Positions 36,946-48,406 of a stretch of 64,000 bases of DNA are shown here, piece by piece; the stretch's first letter is position 1, and every line of letters begins with the position of its first letter. Under the pieces are notes generated by a model, which made no database searches, was not told the DNA's origin, and saw only the letters and a list, made by a program, of their open reading frames with translations. The DNA is from Fistulifera solaris (Eukaryota): NCBI GenBank assembly GCA_030295235.1, contig AP026162.1:1860001-1924000 (forward strand), given 5' to 3'. Made by a program: the position numbers and the translations under genes.

Positions 36946-37091
36946 GAAGGCATTGCTCACTCCGCTAAGCACGTGATTTACTTATATTTATAGATAAATT
37001 TCATTAGCAATTATCTTGTCAGTTTGGCATTTCAATATCCTAGTCTCCTTCTTTGTGAACTAAAAATGTATGTTGTAATACAGCAAACAGC

Positions 37092-37511
37092 TCACCAGCC
37101 GTCATCGGCATCTTCTAACGCCTTTCTCTTGGCTTCTTCTGATACTTCAAACGACTCCCCTGTTTTACCCGTTTGCCTCAAAGCATTTTCCAGCTGTGCG
37201 GTTAGAGAACCTAGATCGTCGACGGAAGACACTTCGACATCTTCCAACAGCCCTCCAGCGATTCGAGTACTCATAGACTCCGAAAGACCGCCTCCTCGTT
37301 CTTTCGCTCGTTCACCTTGCTGTTCCGTGAATGCAACCAAGCCGATCCCAAATGCCAATCCCCCAACACCGACTGCCGCTCCGAGAAGAACGTTTTGGTC
37401 GACCATGTGCAAAGAAGTGGTCGATCGAGGCGACGGGGACGGAAGAACGGCGTAACCCGACGCACTGGAAATAAAGGCGCATACTGTGATAACTTTTCCC
37501 ACGAGAGTCAT
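37092..37511 (-). CDS. Small plastid-targeted single-TM protein of unknown function
   Basis: Signal peptide ending ASG-Y, Ser/Thr/Pro-rich transit peptide ending TSLHM, one TM helix (LLGAAVGVGGLAFGIGLVAF). Confidence 0.75.
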   Translation of the reverse strand: MTLVGKVITVCAFISSASGYAVLPSPSPRSTTSLHMVDQNVLLGAAVGVGGLAFGIGLVAFTEQQGERAKERGGGLSESMSTRIAGGLLEDVEVSSVDDLGSLTAQLENALRQTGKTGESFEVSEEAKRKALEDADDGW

Positions 37512-38002
37512 AATTGCGTGTTTATTGCTCGGCGATTTTGAAACACAGCTTTTGTTTTGAAAGAAAGGGCTCGTCCGGCTTTTTGTTGTTATCATGGTTG
37601 CGGTTTGCGGCTATGTCGATTTTACATACGTGTTTCAATACTGCGAGACTGCGAGACTGCGAGTGAGTCAGTCACCAAAATGAGATGCGGTACCTATGCG
37701 ACATGAAGGTAAAGGACAACAACGTCCTTGATTAGAATAGGGACGTTCGTACCAGGTAATAAACTTTGGCGCTCCAGTCTTTCTTTAGTCTACTCTAGAA
37801 CATTCTTCTCAAAATCGTAAAACCATTTTTCTTCACCCATAAAGGAGTGATACAACCTCAACTGATGAACATCATTTTACATGCTCCCAGTGCACAAGTT
37901 CGACGACCTAAGACGCAGCCATGACAATTAAGACAGCTAATGTTACTATTTCTTATATCAAACAATAGAAGGACAAAGCTAAGCATGTGCGACAACGGAG
38001 AC

Positions 38003-38869
38003 TCACTCGACGTACAGAACTCTCCCTCCACTCATGGTAATTGTTTGACTGATCTGATCTCGCCTCCATCGTTCTGGTTTGTGACTCACAATCGCGACGA
38101 GCGCTCCCGTCGCTTGTACTAGTGTCCATAAACCTTGCTGTACGGCTTGTATAACTGTTGAAGTCTCGGTATCCATCCACTCGTCTAGCAATAAAATCGG
38201 TGCTGGAAGAAGAATTTTATCATCCTCAGTCCGTCGAATGTCGCTAGAGCAGCTACTCTGGAAACAGGCCAAAAGTAGTGCGAAACGGTACGTTTCCGAA
38301 GGCGAAAGCTCCGAGGGCTTTCTTTGAAGCCAGTCGTCGGCTTGGCCATCTTGTAAACCCAAGTAGTTAGCGAAGAACGAGGTGATTTCTGCACGAATAG
38401 TCTTATCAATCGGATCTCCATTCAAAGACCACTGTCGATCAATTACTTCTTTTATTCGCAGACGATCTTCATACGGAGGTTTTTGATCGAGATAGATGGG
38501 TTTTGCAGGTGGACAATCCGGTCTTGATACTAGTGTAACAGTTCCAGTGGCGGTTCCACCAGTCGTAGCTGATTGTCCTCTTTGATTCAAAATAGCCTTG
38601 AGTAACGTCGACTTCCCACTTGAAGAAGCCCCTCGAATGAAGCAGAACTCCCTCAAAGATACATTAATGTTGTCGAGCGCTCTTTCTCGGTATGGAACCG
38701 ACGAAAGAAATCGGCGTTGCCATGTGAGAGGGAACGAGAGGGTGAAATTCTCGATCTCGACAGGAGAAGGATGAAATTGGACGCGGGCGCGTACAGTGGA
38801 AAGAGCCTTGCCAAGAGAGACTAAAGCAAAGAGATATATGCTTGCACTTAAAACGAAGATCCTCTTCAT
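38003..38869 (-). CDS. Stand-alone degenerate ABC ATPase with N-terminal signal peptide
   Basis: Walker A GASSSGKST, Walker B ILLLDEW, H-loop IVSHK; signature degenerate (LSPSET). Confidence 0.75.
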   Translation of the reverse strand: MKRIFVLSASIYLFALVSLGKALSTVRARVQFHPSPVEIENFTLSFPLTWQRRFLSSVPYRERALDNINVSLREFCFIRGASSSGKSTLLKAILNQRGQSATTGGTATGTVTLVSRPDCPPAKPIYLDQKPPYEDRLRIKEVIDRQWSLNGDPIDKTIRAEITSFFANYLGLQDGQADDWLQRKPSELSPSETYRFALLLACFQSSCSSDIRRTEDDKILLPAPILLLDEWMDTETSTVIQAVQQGLWTLVQATGALVAIVSHKPERWRRDQISQTITMSGGRVLYVE

Positions 38870-39616
38870 CCCATTAATTTGTTGCTGATGTTAACCAAAA
38901 CTGCCCCTCTTTTTTCTATTTTTTGAAGTGCGGCCATTTTTACTATAGACCTGAATTGTTGGTTCAACGACGCCACGACTGCATTTCAGTCATGAGTAAT
39001 GAGTTATTAATTTTGAATATTAGTAGACTTCTACTCACCTTTCATTCGTTTTCCTCTCATGGTCAATGCATAGTCGTTATGGCGATGCAACTACCGCTAC
39101 AGTAGAAGCATTTTGCAATGTACACGTCGTATCCTTACAACGAAAAACGATGCGGATTGTCTTCTCTCATAACTACTATAGATCCGGATGTAGGCGACCT
39201 TTTATCATGACTGCATTTCATGCATGAGTTGTGATTTATTCAAGTTAACATCCTTTCGTTCTCTTTTGGTCGTATTTGTGATGCAACTGCCATCAGTAGC
39301 ATGCACAATACACGCCTTTAATCCTTACGGCAAAATACGGTGCAAATTGTCCTCTTCCAATACTGCATGTAGTAGCTAGGGACCAAAGTCGCAGTCCAGT
39401 AAATTTCTTCTCTCCGACGAATGACGAAGTGACATTGACGTCATTACCTGGTACTGACCGTTGCGACCCGAGGAGGAAAAAAAGGCGACGATGATGAATG
39501 AACACGCAGAATGATGACTATAAATTAATACTCGTTAGGCTTGTAAAGGTGCTAGCAAACACACTGTTGCTTCTCCGTTTCCTATTCCTGGATTACTCTG
39601 CCGACGACGCAAAAGA

Positions 39617-42414
39617 ATGAAAAGCGACGAGGAAATTCTCTTGTTTGGTCTGTTCTCGTTGTCCACACATCGAGACCATCACATCATAGATGCGCCAACG
39701 TACTTTCATTATGAGGCAGAGATTGCAGCTATATCAATCTTCTTCTTTCGATCAACTGTTGTTCACTCGCGGGAGAATCGATTCATAAGCTATTTGATAG
39801 CCATCTTTTTGGCTTGCCTGGCTTACTCAAAAAAGCCTTTCAGCTTGATTCTGGCAGCCGAGACTTTTTCCTACGCAGCCTCATGGTTGCTACTGTACAA
39901 GCCCAAATGGCTGCAAAACAAAAACATTCTGATCAAAGCGCTAGCTCTCATAGCGAGTGCTGTGCTATCGTGGCTTCTTTCAAAAATCGTACTGGAGTTC
40001 ATATCCCTGCCCGATGTTCCAGCAAAGGAGGCAAATGATGGAATTGTCATGAATTTGATTAATTCGTGGTTCCCTGTAGACGAACTGCGAGCGGCTTACA
40101 ACATCATGCTCGCCTTTGCACATCCCAAAGTTCTGCAGTCGCAGCTAGCGCACCTATTCTTTGTGACCTTTCATATCCAAGTCGGAATGGGATTTCTCGG
40201 TATCGGCTTCTTACTTGAGGAACAATCAAGAAGAAACATGTTGATTCGTCTGGATGTAGAGCCATCGACGAAAAGCGATGGCGCCAAAATCAAAGAGTCA
40301 AAGCCGGAAAACGGTTCACCCGATGGCAAAGTCGATACAGCCAAGATGGCTCGGGCGCGTCGCTATCAGAAAGGAGCTGGGCCCTTTATTCTGTTCATTG
40401 CGCTTCCCTATATGTTCCAAATAATTGTGTATGGGAACATTAACCGATTTGCATTCACTTGTTTGGAACAAGATCTGCATCGCACTGTGCGTCTCAACGA
40501 TTTGTTCGACAATGACAGCAACTTGGCAGCCATGGCTCAGTCTGACAATGCCGTTTCTCCAGAGAGTAAGCGAGATAGCAGGTTTGTTATCGACTTAATA
40601 ACGCTGCGCTAACAATTTTTCTTTCGATCTGCAGCCTTCGCAAATTCCATGACGTCGGTCGTTGATAAGGCTTACGATATTATCAACCGCAAGCTTTTTA
40701 GTCTACCGAAAGTGTTGCTGTTGCCGGGCGTTATGACCAGACAACCAATGCTGATGGTACAAGTGTTCCCCTTCATTTTCCTTTCTGACTGGATCAAAGC
40801 GTCATTGGTTTCGTACATGACTTCCGCCATTGAATCGCTAAGGAAGGAAACGATGGAAATTCGAGCAGTACGAACCAAAGTTGAATCGTTTGATCTCAAA
40901 AATGCTGAGTTACTTCAACGATCTGGGCCGGGCGCATCAGCTTTCACGCAGAGTCGTTGGGAAGAGCTTACCGTAAGAATTCAGAAACGCGATAATGTCG
41001 CTGATCTGATTAGCCGCTCGAAAGCCTTCTTCGCGTTCATGCAGCGCAACTTCGTCTTTACCGTACTAATCGACTGCGCTTTGGCATCACTAATGGCGGT
41101 CGGAAAAATCATTTCGGCGGAAATATTCGTGTTTTCTCGTGCTATTGAAGATGCTGTTGACATGGTACTTATTCGAAGCCGCAGCGAAGCTGAATTGGCT
41201 CAAATGTCAACCGACACTGATAAGTTGAAAGAATTGGCTGATCTTTGGGCGAAGCACAGCCACGAAAAAACTCTTTTACCGTGCTCGCTTGCAAGCGCAA
41301 CCGAAGAAAGGAAGCTAATTCTTCGTAACGTACACTACACTCGCGGAACTGCGTCTGTTCGGGCCGATCACGTGGAGCTGGGTCCAGGAGTCTATGCATG
41401 TACGTACTTTCAAGTGCTCTTCCTCTGTCCTCATTCTGTTCAACTCATTTGTTGTTTTATCTGAATCCAGTGACTGGTTCGAATGGCAGTGGAAAGTCGA
41501 CTCTCTTTCGTGTGTTAATGAGTTGCCGTTCGAACGATCAGCCAATTGAACTCCCTACGAGCATCAACTTACTCACCCCCATGGAACCCCTATTGGAAGA
41601 AGACGACGTAATACGGGAAATAAGCTGCACCGAGGCTGACCACGACACTGAAAATGAAGACAATGTGAATGCCACTATTACCGATTCCACCGACGAGTCA
41701 GAATGTGAATACGTCATCGATGCGGCTACAGGAGAGGTGTCCGAAGATACAAAGGCATGTCGCCGCCTTTCCGAAATCCGACCGAACTCTGAGATTCAAC
41801 CTCACCCTCGACTTTCGATTACCATGCCATCCTCGCATGTCGCTGAAATCAGTCAGACATTTTACTGGCCTTTGTACGCCAAGCCAATTGAATGGATTTT
41901 TCACCAGTCTTTTACCGGTGAAGAGAAGGATGCATTGGAAGAGAAAACACGACTTGTGGCAGAGCATCTTCACTCTCTTGACTTCTTCCAGCCAGTTATG
42001 CCGGAGGATCTGAAAGACGACGAAGAGCCTTCCCAAGAAGCGATAACGGAGGCAACTATTCGGCATATTCAAAAAGAACTTCAGGACGAAAAAGAAGATT
42101 GGTTCAGCGATCTCTCTGGAGGACAGAAAAGTAAAGTAGAGCTGGTGAGGAAAGTGTTTCTCCAACAGACTTGTCCCGACTTGCTGTTGATCGACGAAAC
42201 GATGGCTCCCTTGGATCCATCATCCAAAGCACACGTAATGGCAAAACTCAAAGAGTTTTGTAGAAACAGCGTGGTTTTGGTCATTTACCACACGGACGTT
42301 GGACGTGAAGTTGGAGAAGCTGGAAATTCAGTTGAATGTGTTCCATCAAACAATTTCTTCGATTACAATATTCATCTTGACAAAGGAGTTATTCAGATCA
42401 AATCTACATGCTGA
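39617..42414 (+). CDS. Atypical half-size ABC transporter (multi-TM region plus NBD with acidic insertions)
   Basis: Introns 40566..40634 and 41400..41470; GSNGSGKST, LSGGQKSKVELVR, LLLIDE, VIYH. Confidence 0.8.
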
Positions 42415-42930
42415 TTTGAGAAGTTATCTGCTTTCAAATAAGTCGATTAGTAGAAAACTTGATTTAGCTAAGTCTTCATTTCTTGTTGGGACTTCAAACA
42501 TCTAGCTAAACTGGTCGTTTACCAAAATCTTTAGTGCGACCGTGCGACTAACTAATTGTGTCGTGTTTGAGCGTGAGTGAGTCGTACTCCGACTAAGACT
42601 CATTCAACATAATACTAAAACTCAATCGTGTCTGCGCCTAAAGGTTCTTTTTAGATGTATTGTCAAATATGACTATAGTCTTTGTAGTCGAAAGGTCATT
42701 TCCGTTGCGTCTTACATGCTTATGTCTCTAATGTAGTATCAATGATTGTGTTGGCGTTAGCTGACCGTTGGGGAGGGCAATAGATTTCTTATGACTTCTC
42801 GTCTCCTTGTCTTTTGCGTCTCGATCGCGCGGAGCAAAATCTTCGACGCGATCCCATTGACTGCATTGACTTTCAACCTTATTACAATATTTTGTGGCGA
42901 AGCTCATAAAATAAACAGACACAGAAGAGA

Positions 42931-44897
42931 ATGGCGAGTCATATTGATGAAGATGCTGTTGCAGCCGCAGATAAAGAGATGGAGGAGCGCGCCAACCGCG
43001 CAAAGGAGCTCCTTTCACAGCGTTACGAGGGGCTGAAGAAGAAGCAGGTACGTTTGTCAGCTGAGATTCCAGTGACTTTCTAGTAATCAAACCCGGTATT
43101 CTAACAAAGTCGTTTATGAAGGATCAAAAAAAGCACCGCAAGATGCTGCTGGAGCGTGAAATGGTCGGACTTCCCGAAAACCAAAAGCATGAGCTGCGCA
43201 GCGCTTTGGAGCAGGAGGAAGTTTTAATCGACAAAGAATCCCGGAAAAAGATGTCTGTAGCAGATTTCGAATCACTTGCAGTAATCGGTAGAGGAGCTTT
43301 TGGCGAGGTTCGCTTGGTTCGCCGTAGGGGCAAAATAGATGATCCGCACTTTGGTGAAATTTTCGCGCTAAAGAGCATGAAGAAGGAGATGATGGTCATG
43401 AAGAATCAAGTCCATCACGTGAAAGCGGAACGAGATGTTTTATCCAAAGCAGACACATCTAATCGCTGGCTAACTGTCCTACATTCGAGCTTCTTTGATG
43501 AGACGCACATTTACATGGCTATGGAATTCATGCCGGGCGGTGATTTGATGAGTTTGCTGATCAAAGAAGATACTTTTTCCGAGGAGGTAACTCGATTCTT
43601 CATGGCTGAAGCCGCCTCTGCAATCAGCAGTGTTCATGCTCTCGGCTACATCCATCGCGACATCAAACCGGGTACGTAACGATTCTATTGCATTGTTTCT
43701 GTTAGTTAATGATGCCATTTCTCATACAAATCTCGTCACGTCACGCTCCTTAGACAATATGCTATTGGATGGTAAGTACTGGCAGTAGTCCGTGGGATAG
43801 GGGACGACCTTCTCTGACTCCTTTGTTCTACAATATTAGCTCGTGGGCACTTGAAACTGACAGATTTAGGATTGTGTAAAAGGTAGGAGAAGTCAGTCCC
43901 TCCGAATCACCCGAGAAAGTCCTAGACAGTCTACGAAAAGAGTTGCATGGTGGAGGAGGAATGATTTCCATGGGAGATGTACCAGAGGGTGGAACGGGTC
44001 CGAAGAAGCATCGCTCACAAGGCGATGAGATGGCCATGTCAATCGACGATGGCGACGGAACTCGTCCTGAACCGAGAGACCCAAAATTACGCCGTGAGGT
44101 AAGTTATTTGGATCTTTTGAGAAACGTAGAAGCCGATCTTTCTTATGTCTTTTTGGTTGCGCTTTACAGCTTGCATATTCGACTGTTGGAACGCCTGACT
44201 ACATTGCACCCGAGGTTCTTGCTGCGCAGAATGGTGCATCGGGATATTCGTACACGAGCGCTGTCGACTGGTGGTCCTTAGGAGTCATTATGTTCGAATG
44301 CTTGGTGGGATACACCCCGTTCTACGCCGACGACCCAGTGTCGACCTGCCGAAAGATTCTTCGATGGCGAAAGAGTTTAGAGATGCCAGCAGAGACGAAG
44401 GCGCAATTGTCACCCGAGTGCATTGATTTCTTATCTTGCTTGTTGACCGGGCCGGAATCACGAATCGGTGCTTCGAGAGATGGCACTGAGTTTGAGAATG
44501 GTTTCAAGCGCGTGGTACAGCATCCCTGGTTCCGATCATTCGACTGGGACAATATGCACGAGCGGGAAGGTCCGTTGCTCCCCAGCGGAACCCGTGAGTT
44601 TCCCGAATTGTTGGAGTATCTCAAGTAAGTGGACCACTCAGCTCATGATATTTTTTGTCACGCCATTACACGATTCTCACATGCTAATTTTGTTAAAGAA
44701 CTTGCCCAAAGTCTGATCCCCGTTTCAAGCCTCTAGTTGATCGAGCAACGCAAAACTTTGATACATTTGAAGACTTTGGTTCGGCGATGGACGAGTCCAA
44801 GTCGTTGCGTGTCTTCAAGCACACGCAGTTGGACCAATTCTACAACTACGAGTTTAGACGTGTGCGGAAGCCTCGACTTCCACTACCTGAGATCTGA
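42931..44897 (+). CDS. NDR/LATS-type AGC Ser/Thr protein kinase
   Basis: [61 protein letters not shown], hydrophobic motif FYNYEF. About five GT-AG introns and minor indels. Confidence 0.9.
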
Positions 44898-45119
44898 TGA
44901 GAAACGTATGCTACGTAGCGTAAATTTAGATTGACCAAGTCTAGTACCTCACTAATTTCAACTAATTTATCACCGTATCCCGCGCTGACGTAACTTTTGG
45001 TAGATTGTCATTTCGAAATTCGACCATCAAGGCGTTCTATATTTATAGAGGAAGAAATTTATGATTAGATAACACGCTACGCGGTCTCCGACGGACTCGT
45101 AGCACCACGTTTTGTAAGA

Positions 45120-45831
45120 CTAGAAGCGTTTCTCTGGTGGACCTTCTGGCGTAGGATAAACGAGCATTTCATCCGCAAGTGGGTTGGCGTGCACGGTGAC
45201 GCTTAGTAACACAGGAGGGTCGATCGGTCGGTGTGCATTTTTGGGTTTCGGCGCTTTGTCTCCAAGAACGGGAAGCTGCTCGAACTTATCTAGCGTATCC
45301 CAGCCATCTAGTACCTTTCCAAAGACTGTGTGCAAATTGTTAAGATGAGGCTGTCGTTCGTAACATATGAAGAACTGCGACCGGTTTGTGTTGGGTCCTT
45401 TGTTGGCCATACTTAAGACTCCGCGCTTGTCGTGTAGATTCGTCGGGTGAAACTCATCTGGAAAGGCAACAGGTCTAAGCAGCTTTGAAATGAGCATCAC
45501 TCGTGCAAGGACGAAAGGATGAAAGTACAAAGCAATGGTACCAGTACGTACCCCCAAATGGATTCCCCTCCCTTCGAGCCCGTTTTCTCCGCCGTATCTC
45601 CGCCTTGAATCATAAATCCCTGTATACAGCAGGCTTTGTGAGGAAAAAAATTGCATCAAGAGCATCTATCAGCTGCTACTAGAAACTAACCTTGATGTTC
45701 CGATGGAATATTGTTCCATCGTAAGCACCACTGGTGCACAATGCCAAGAAGTTGAAAGCAGTTCGAGGCGCTGTATCGCAATAGATCTCGAGCTTAATAT
45801 CGCCAATCGATGTGTGCAAAGTGACCGACAT
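45120..45831 (-). CDS. PPIL3: Cyclophilin-type peptidyl-prolyl isomerase, PPIL3-like
   Basis: [19 protein letters not shown]...FHRNIK / GFMIQGGD...GGESIWG / [33 protein letters not shown]; two introns. Confidence 0.9.
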
Positions 45832-46041
45832 GCTCTGGCGTTTCTCTCTTTGTCGACAGCAGCAATTGGAAAAATGATAAAGTTCAATAATAAATTATTG
45901 GAGACAAGTTACAATGCTGAGGTGCACGGTGCACGCAAGAGGGGTGCACGCTTGAAACAAGAACCAAAGCAAGACGTTCACGACGTCGCCCCAAGGATTT
46001 TTCCTTGCGTCGCCCAAGAAAAATCATCGCGGGGCGTGTGA

Positions 46042-46193
46042 TGTTTTCACGTCCGCAGAAAATCTGGGGGTTTGGAAAGTATGGGAGTGTGGAGAGTGGT
46101 GTTTTTTATACGTCTCCAGAAAATCTGGGAGATTGGTATTCTAACGTATCCAGAAATTATGGGCGATTGGTGTTTTCACGTCTCCAGAAAATC
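46042..46193. repeat. Four degenerate copies of a ~34-bp unit (TTGGTGTTTTCACGTCTCCAGAAAATCTGGGAGA)
   Basis: Copies start near 46042, 46097, 46133 and 46167, in the divergent PPIL3/BRCT intergenic region. Confidence 0.8.
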
Positions 46194-46281
46194 AAATGAA
46201 CAAAAACAAAATGGCAGCGCTGCGTTCTATCTGATGAGTTAAATCGTATTTTAGCACCCCTTCCTTGATTACTATTGTATA

Positions 46282-46842
46282 ATGCCTAAGCCGCTTAATG
46301 TTCAAAAAGCTCTTCAAGGGACTCTCACGCAACAGAAGAAAAGAGAAGAAAGCGTGAATAGAAATAAACGCGCTCGACCGACAAAACAACCCTTGGCGGG
46401 GAAAGTCATTGCTGTCTCAACTCTCACACAAGGAGACTCTTCTGTAGAGAGTTCCGGTACCGTCATTGAACTTTGTAAAGCCGCGGGTGCCCAATACACG
46501 GCTCAAGTTCACCGAAAGGTCTACTGTCTGGTAGCATCGTCCAGTGCGGTGCGAGGGTCGACACAACGAGTCCGAAAGGCTTGGAGAAGAAGAATACCTA
46601 TCGTAACGATAGACTGGGTCAAGCAATGTGTCGAAACCGGTAAATTACTGGACATGGATGAATTTCGTATAGAAGAGAAACCAGAAAGCAAAGAATGTGA
46701 TAAAGCTGTTGCTTCGGACAGCAGCGTCGCGGACGCTGTAATCGAGGAGCGAACAATTGAATTGGGTTGCTGTTGTGTCTGCCATGAATTAGACGATGCA
46801 ATGAATTGCGAATGGTGTACCGATTGTGTAGTGAATCGTTAA
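46282..46842 (+). CDS. Single-BRCT-domain protein with Cys-rich C-terminus
   Basis: PLAGKVIAVS...CKAAGAQYTAQVHRKVYCLVA...KAWRRRIPIVTIDWVKQCVETGKLL is a BRCT pattern; ends GCCCVCH...CEWCTDC. Confidence 0.8.
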   Translation: MPKPLNVQKALQGTLTQQKKREESVNRNKRARPTKQPLAGKVIAVSTLTQGDSSVESSGTVIELCKAAGAQYTAQVHRKVYCLVASSSAVRGSTQRVRKAWRRRIPIVTIDWVKQCVETGKLLDMDEFRIEEKPESKECDKAVASDSSVADAVIEERTIELGCCCVCHELDDAMNCEWCTDCVVNR

Positions 46843-47009
46843 TTTATTTTTGTCACGATGCACACAAACGTCATTTATTTCTATTACTTCGTAGTCGTTT
46901 TATTTCGTTATACACCACACACACAACATCCATCTACTGGTGATTACAAAGGAAGCCTTATTAATTTTAGCCAGCAGAACATTTCACACATTTATACAAA
47001 TCGCGTTCA

Positions 47010-47831
47010 TTAGTCATCGTGCGGAAGAAGATCGTGATTCGTTTCCGACAAAGATTCACCCGCGGCCGATAGCTGTTCTTGCGCAGCTCGCTGCTGCATT
47101 ATGCACTTCGATACTGAATAAAATAAGCCGATGACATGGCTTATTGACATCCCCAGCGGTGACTTGCGTTCTTCCTCCGTTAGCACAGGAAAAGGAACCG
47201 AAGCACCGGTAGAAGCAATGGAAGAAAAATATTCACCGACGTTCTGAGTCGTAGCGCGTTCGGAGCACCCATTCGACTCATTCTGGTCTTCGTACATGGC
47301 GGCATATGATAGAAATGAAGCCATTTCACCACCTAGAAAACTTCCATTTCCCATCATGCTCATGATCGCCGCAGGAGATGCCAAATTAGTGCTCTCACCG
47401 TCGCTGGCGGCACCAACCGTCAACGCCTTTTGCATCCAAGCGTCAAATTCTGCAAAAAACTCCTGCTTCGATTTCTCTTTGTTATTTCTGTACTTTTGAA
47501 GATGACTTTTAACACGCTCGCTCGTAATTGAATCATCCACCATGCTCATATGCTCCATGATGACAGCCGGAGAAGCATTCTTGACCCCGATATCATAAAT
47601 CGCTTCAACGAACGATCGATGTATGGATTCGGACCACGGTCGATCATGTTTCGCCTGTTTGCCATTTCCCTGAGAGCTACTAGCATTCTCTTGCGTTCTC
47701 CTCCGCTTGCGCTTGGCCGCCGCGTCTTCCACCGCCGGTTCGTTGCGGGTATTCGCCATGCTACCGTTCCGTACGAACAAATCAGTCTCCTCTCGCGCCT
47801 GGAAGTTGTTATACGGGAAGTTCGAATCCAT
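47010..47831 (-). CDS. Myb-like SHAQKYF/GARP-class transcription factor
   Basis: WSESIHRSFVEAIYDIGVKNASPAVIMEHM...ITSERVKSHLQKYR. Confidence 0.88.
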   Translation of the reverse strand: MDSNFPYNNFQAREETDLFVRNGSMANTRNEPAVEDAAAKRKRRRTQENASSSQGNGKQAKHDRPWSESIHRSFVEAIYDIGVKNASPAVIMEHMSMVDDSITSERVKSHLQKYRNNKEKSKQEFFAEFDAWMQKALTVGAASDGESTNLASPAAIMSMMGNGSFLGGEMASFLSYAAMYEDQNESNGCSERATTQNVGEYFSSIASTGASVPFPVLTEEERKSPLGMSISHVIGLFYSVSKCIMQQRAAQEQLSAAGESLSETNHDLLPHDD

Positions 47832-48406
47832 TTAAAATACAGTAATTGCAGACGATAATATTATTATGTTCTCAAAGCAAAGGCTGAATGGTAAATCAAT
47901 ACATTACCATGTCGTGTTATTATTGGTCTTGAAGCGCGGAGCAGACGGATGGATCCGTGATCGTGATCCGTGGTGACAAACAGAATGTGTCGTAAGGGTG
48001 CTCGAAAGACATTGGGCATTATGTCGAACAGGTTTTTGCATTAGCAGCTTGTTGTGACATCGAAAACCAGTATTATATAATATGTAGTGATCTTCCTGTT
48101 ACGACATTTCAATTTCAAAAATCTCACTCCAACAACCAACAACCAACAACAGCAAACTGCAACGCGATACCAGGTAAATGAAGCATTATCATGATACATG
48201 TTTTTAGAATAACAAGCATTCAAGTTCCAACTTCAAATTCCTGATCTTCGTTTATAGGCACCGGGAACAATTTGCTACCTCTTGGACGGAATGCAGAAGC
48301 ACCAGGACGCTGATAAATTTCCATGAGACTAATAGGACTTCACCCGATCCTTTTGCTTGCCAATTCGTTAACTCATTCTCACATCCGCAGACGAATTCTT
48401 TGCAAA

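Noticed and set aside
46042..46193. CRISPR-like array
   Set aside because: Units are degenerate and mostly adjacent, without unique spacers; no cas genes; eukaryotic context.
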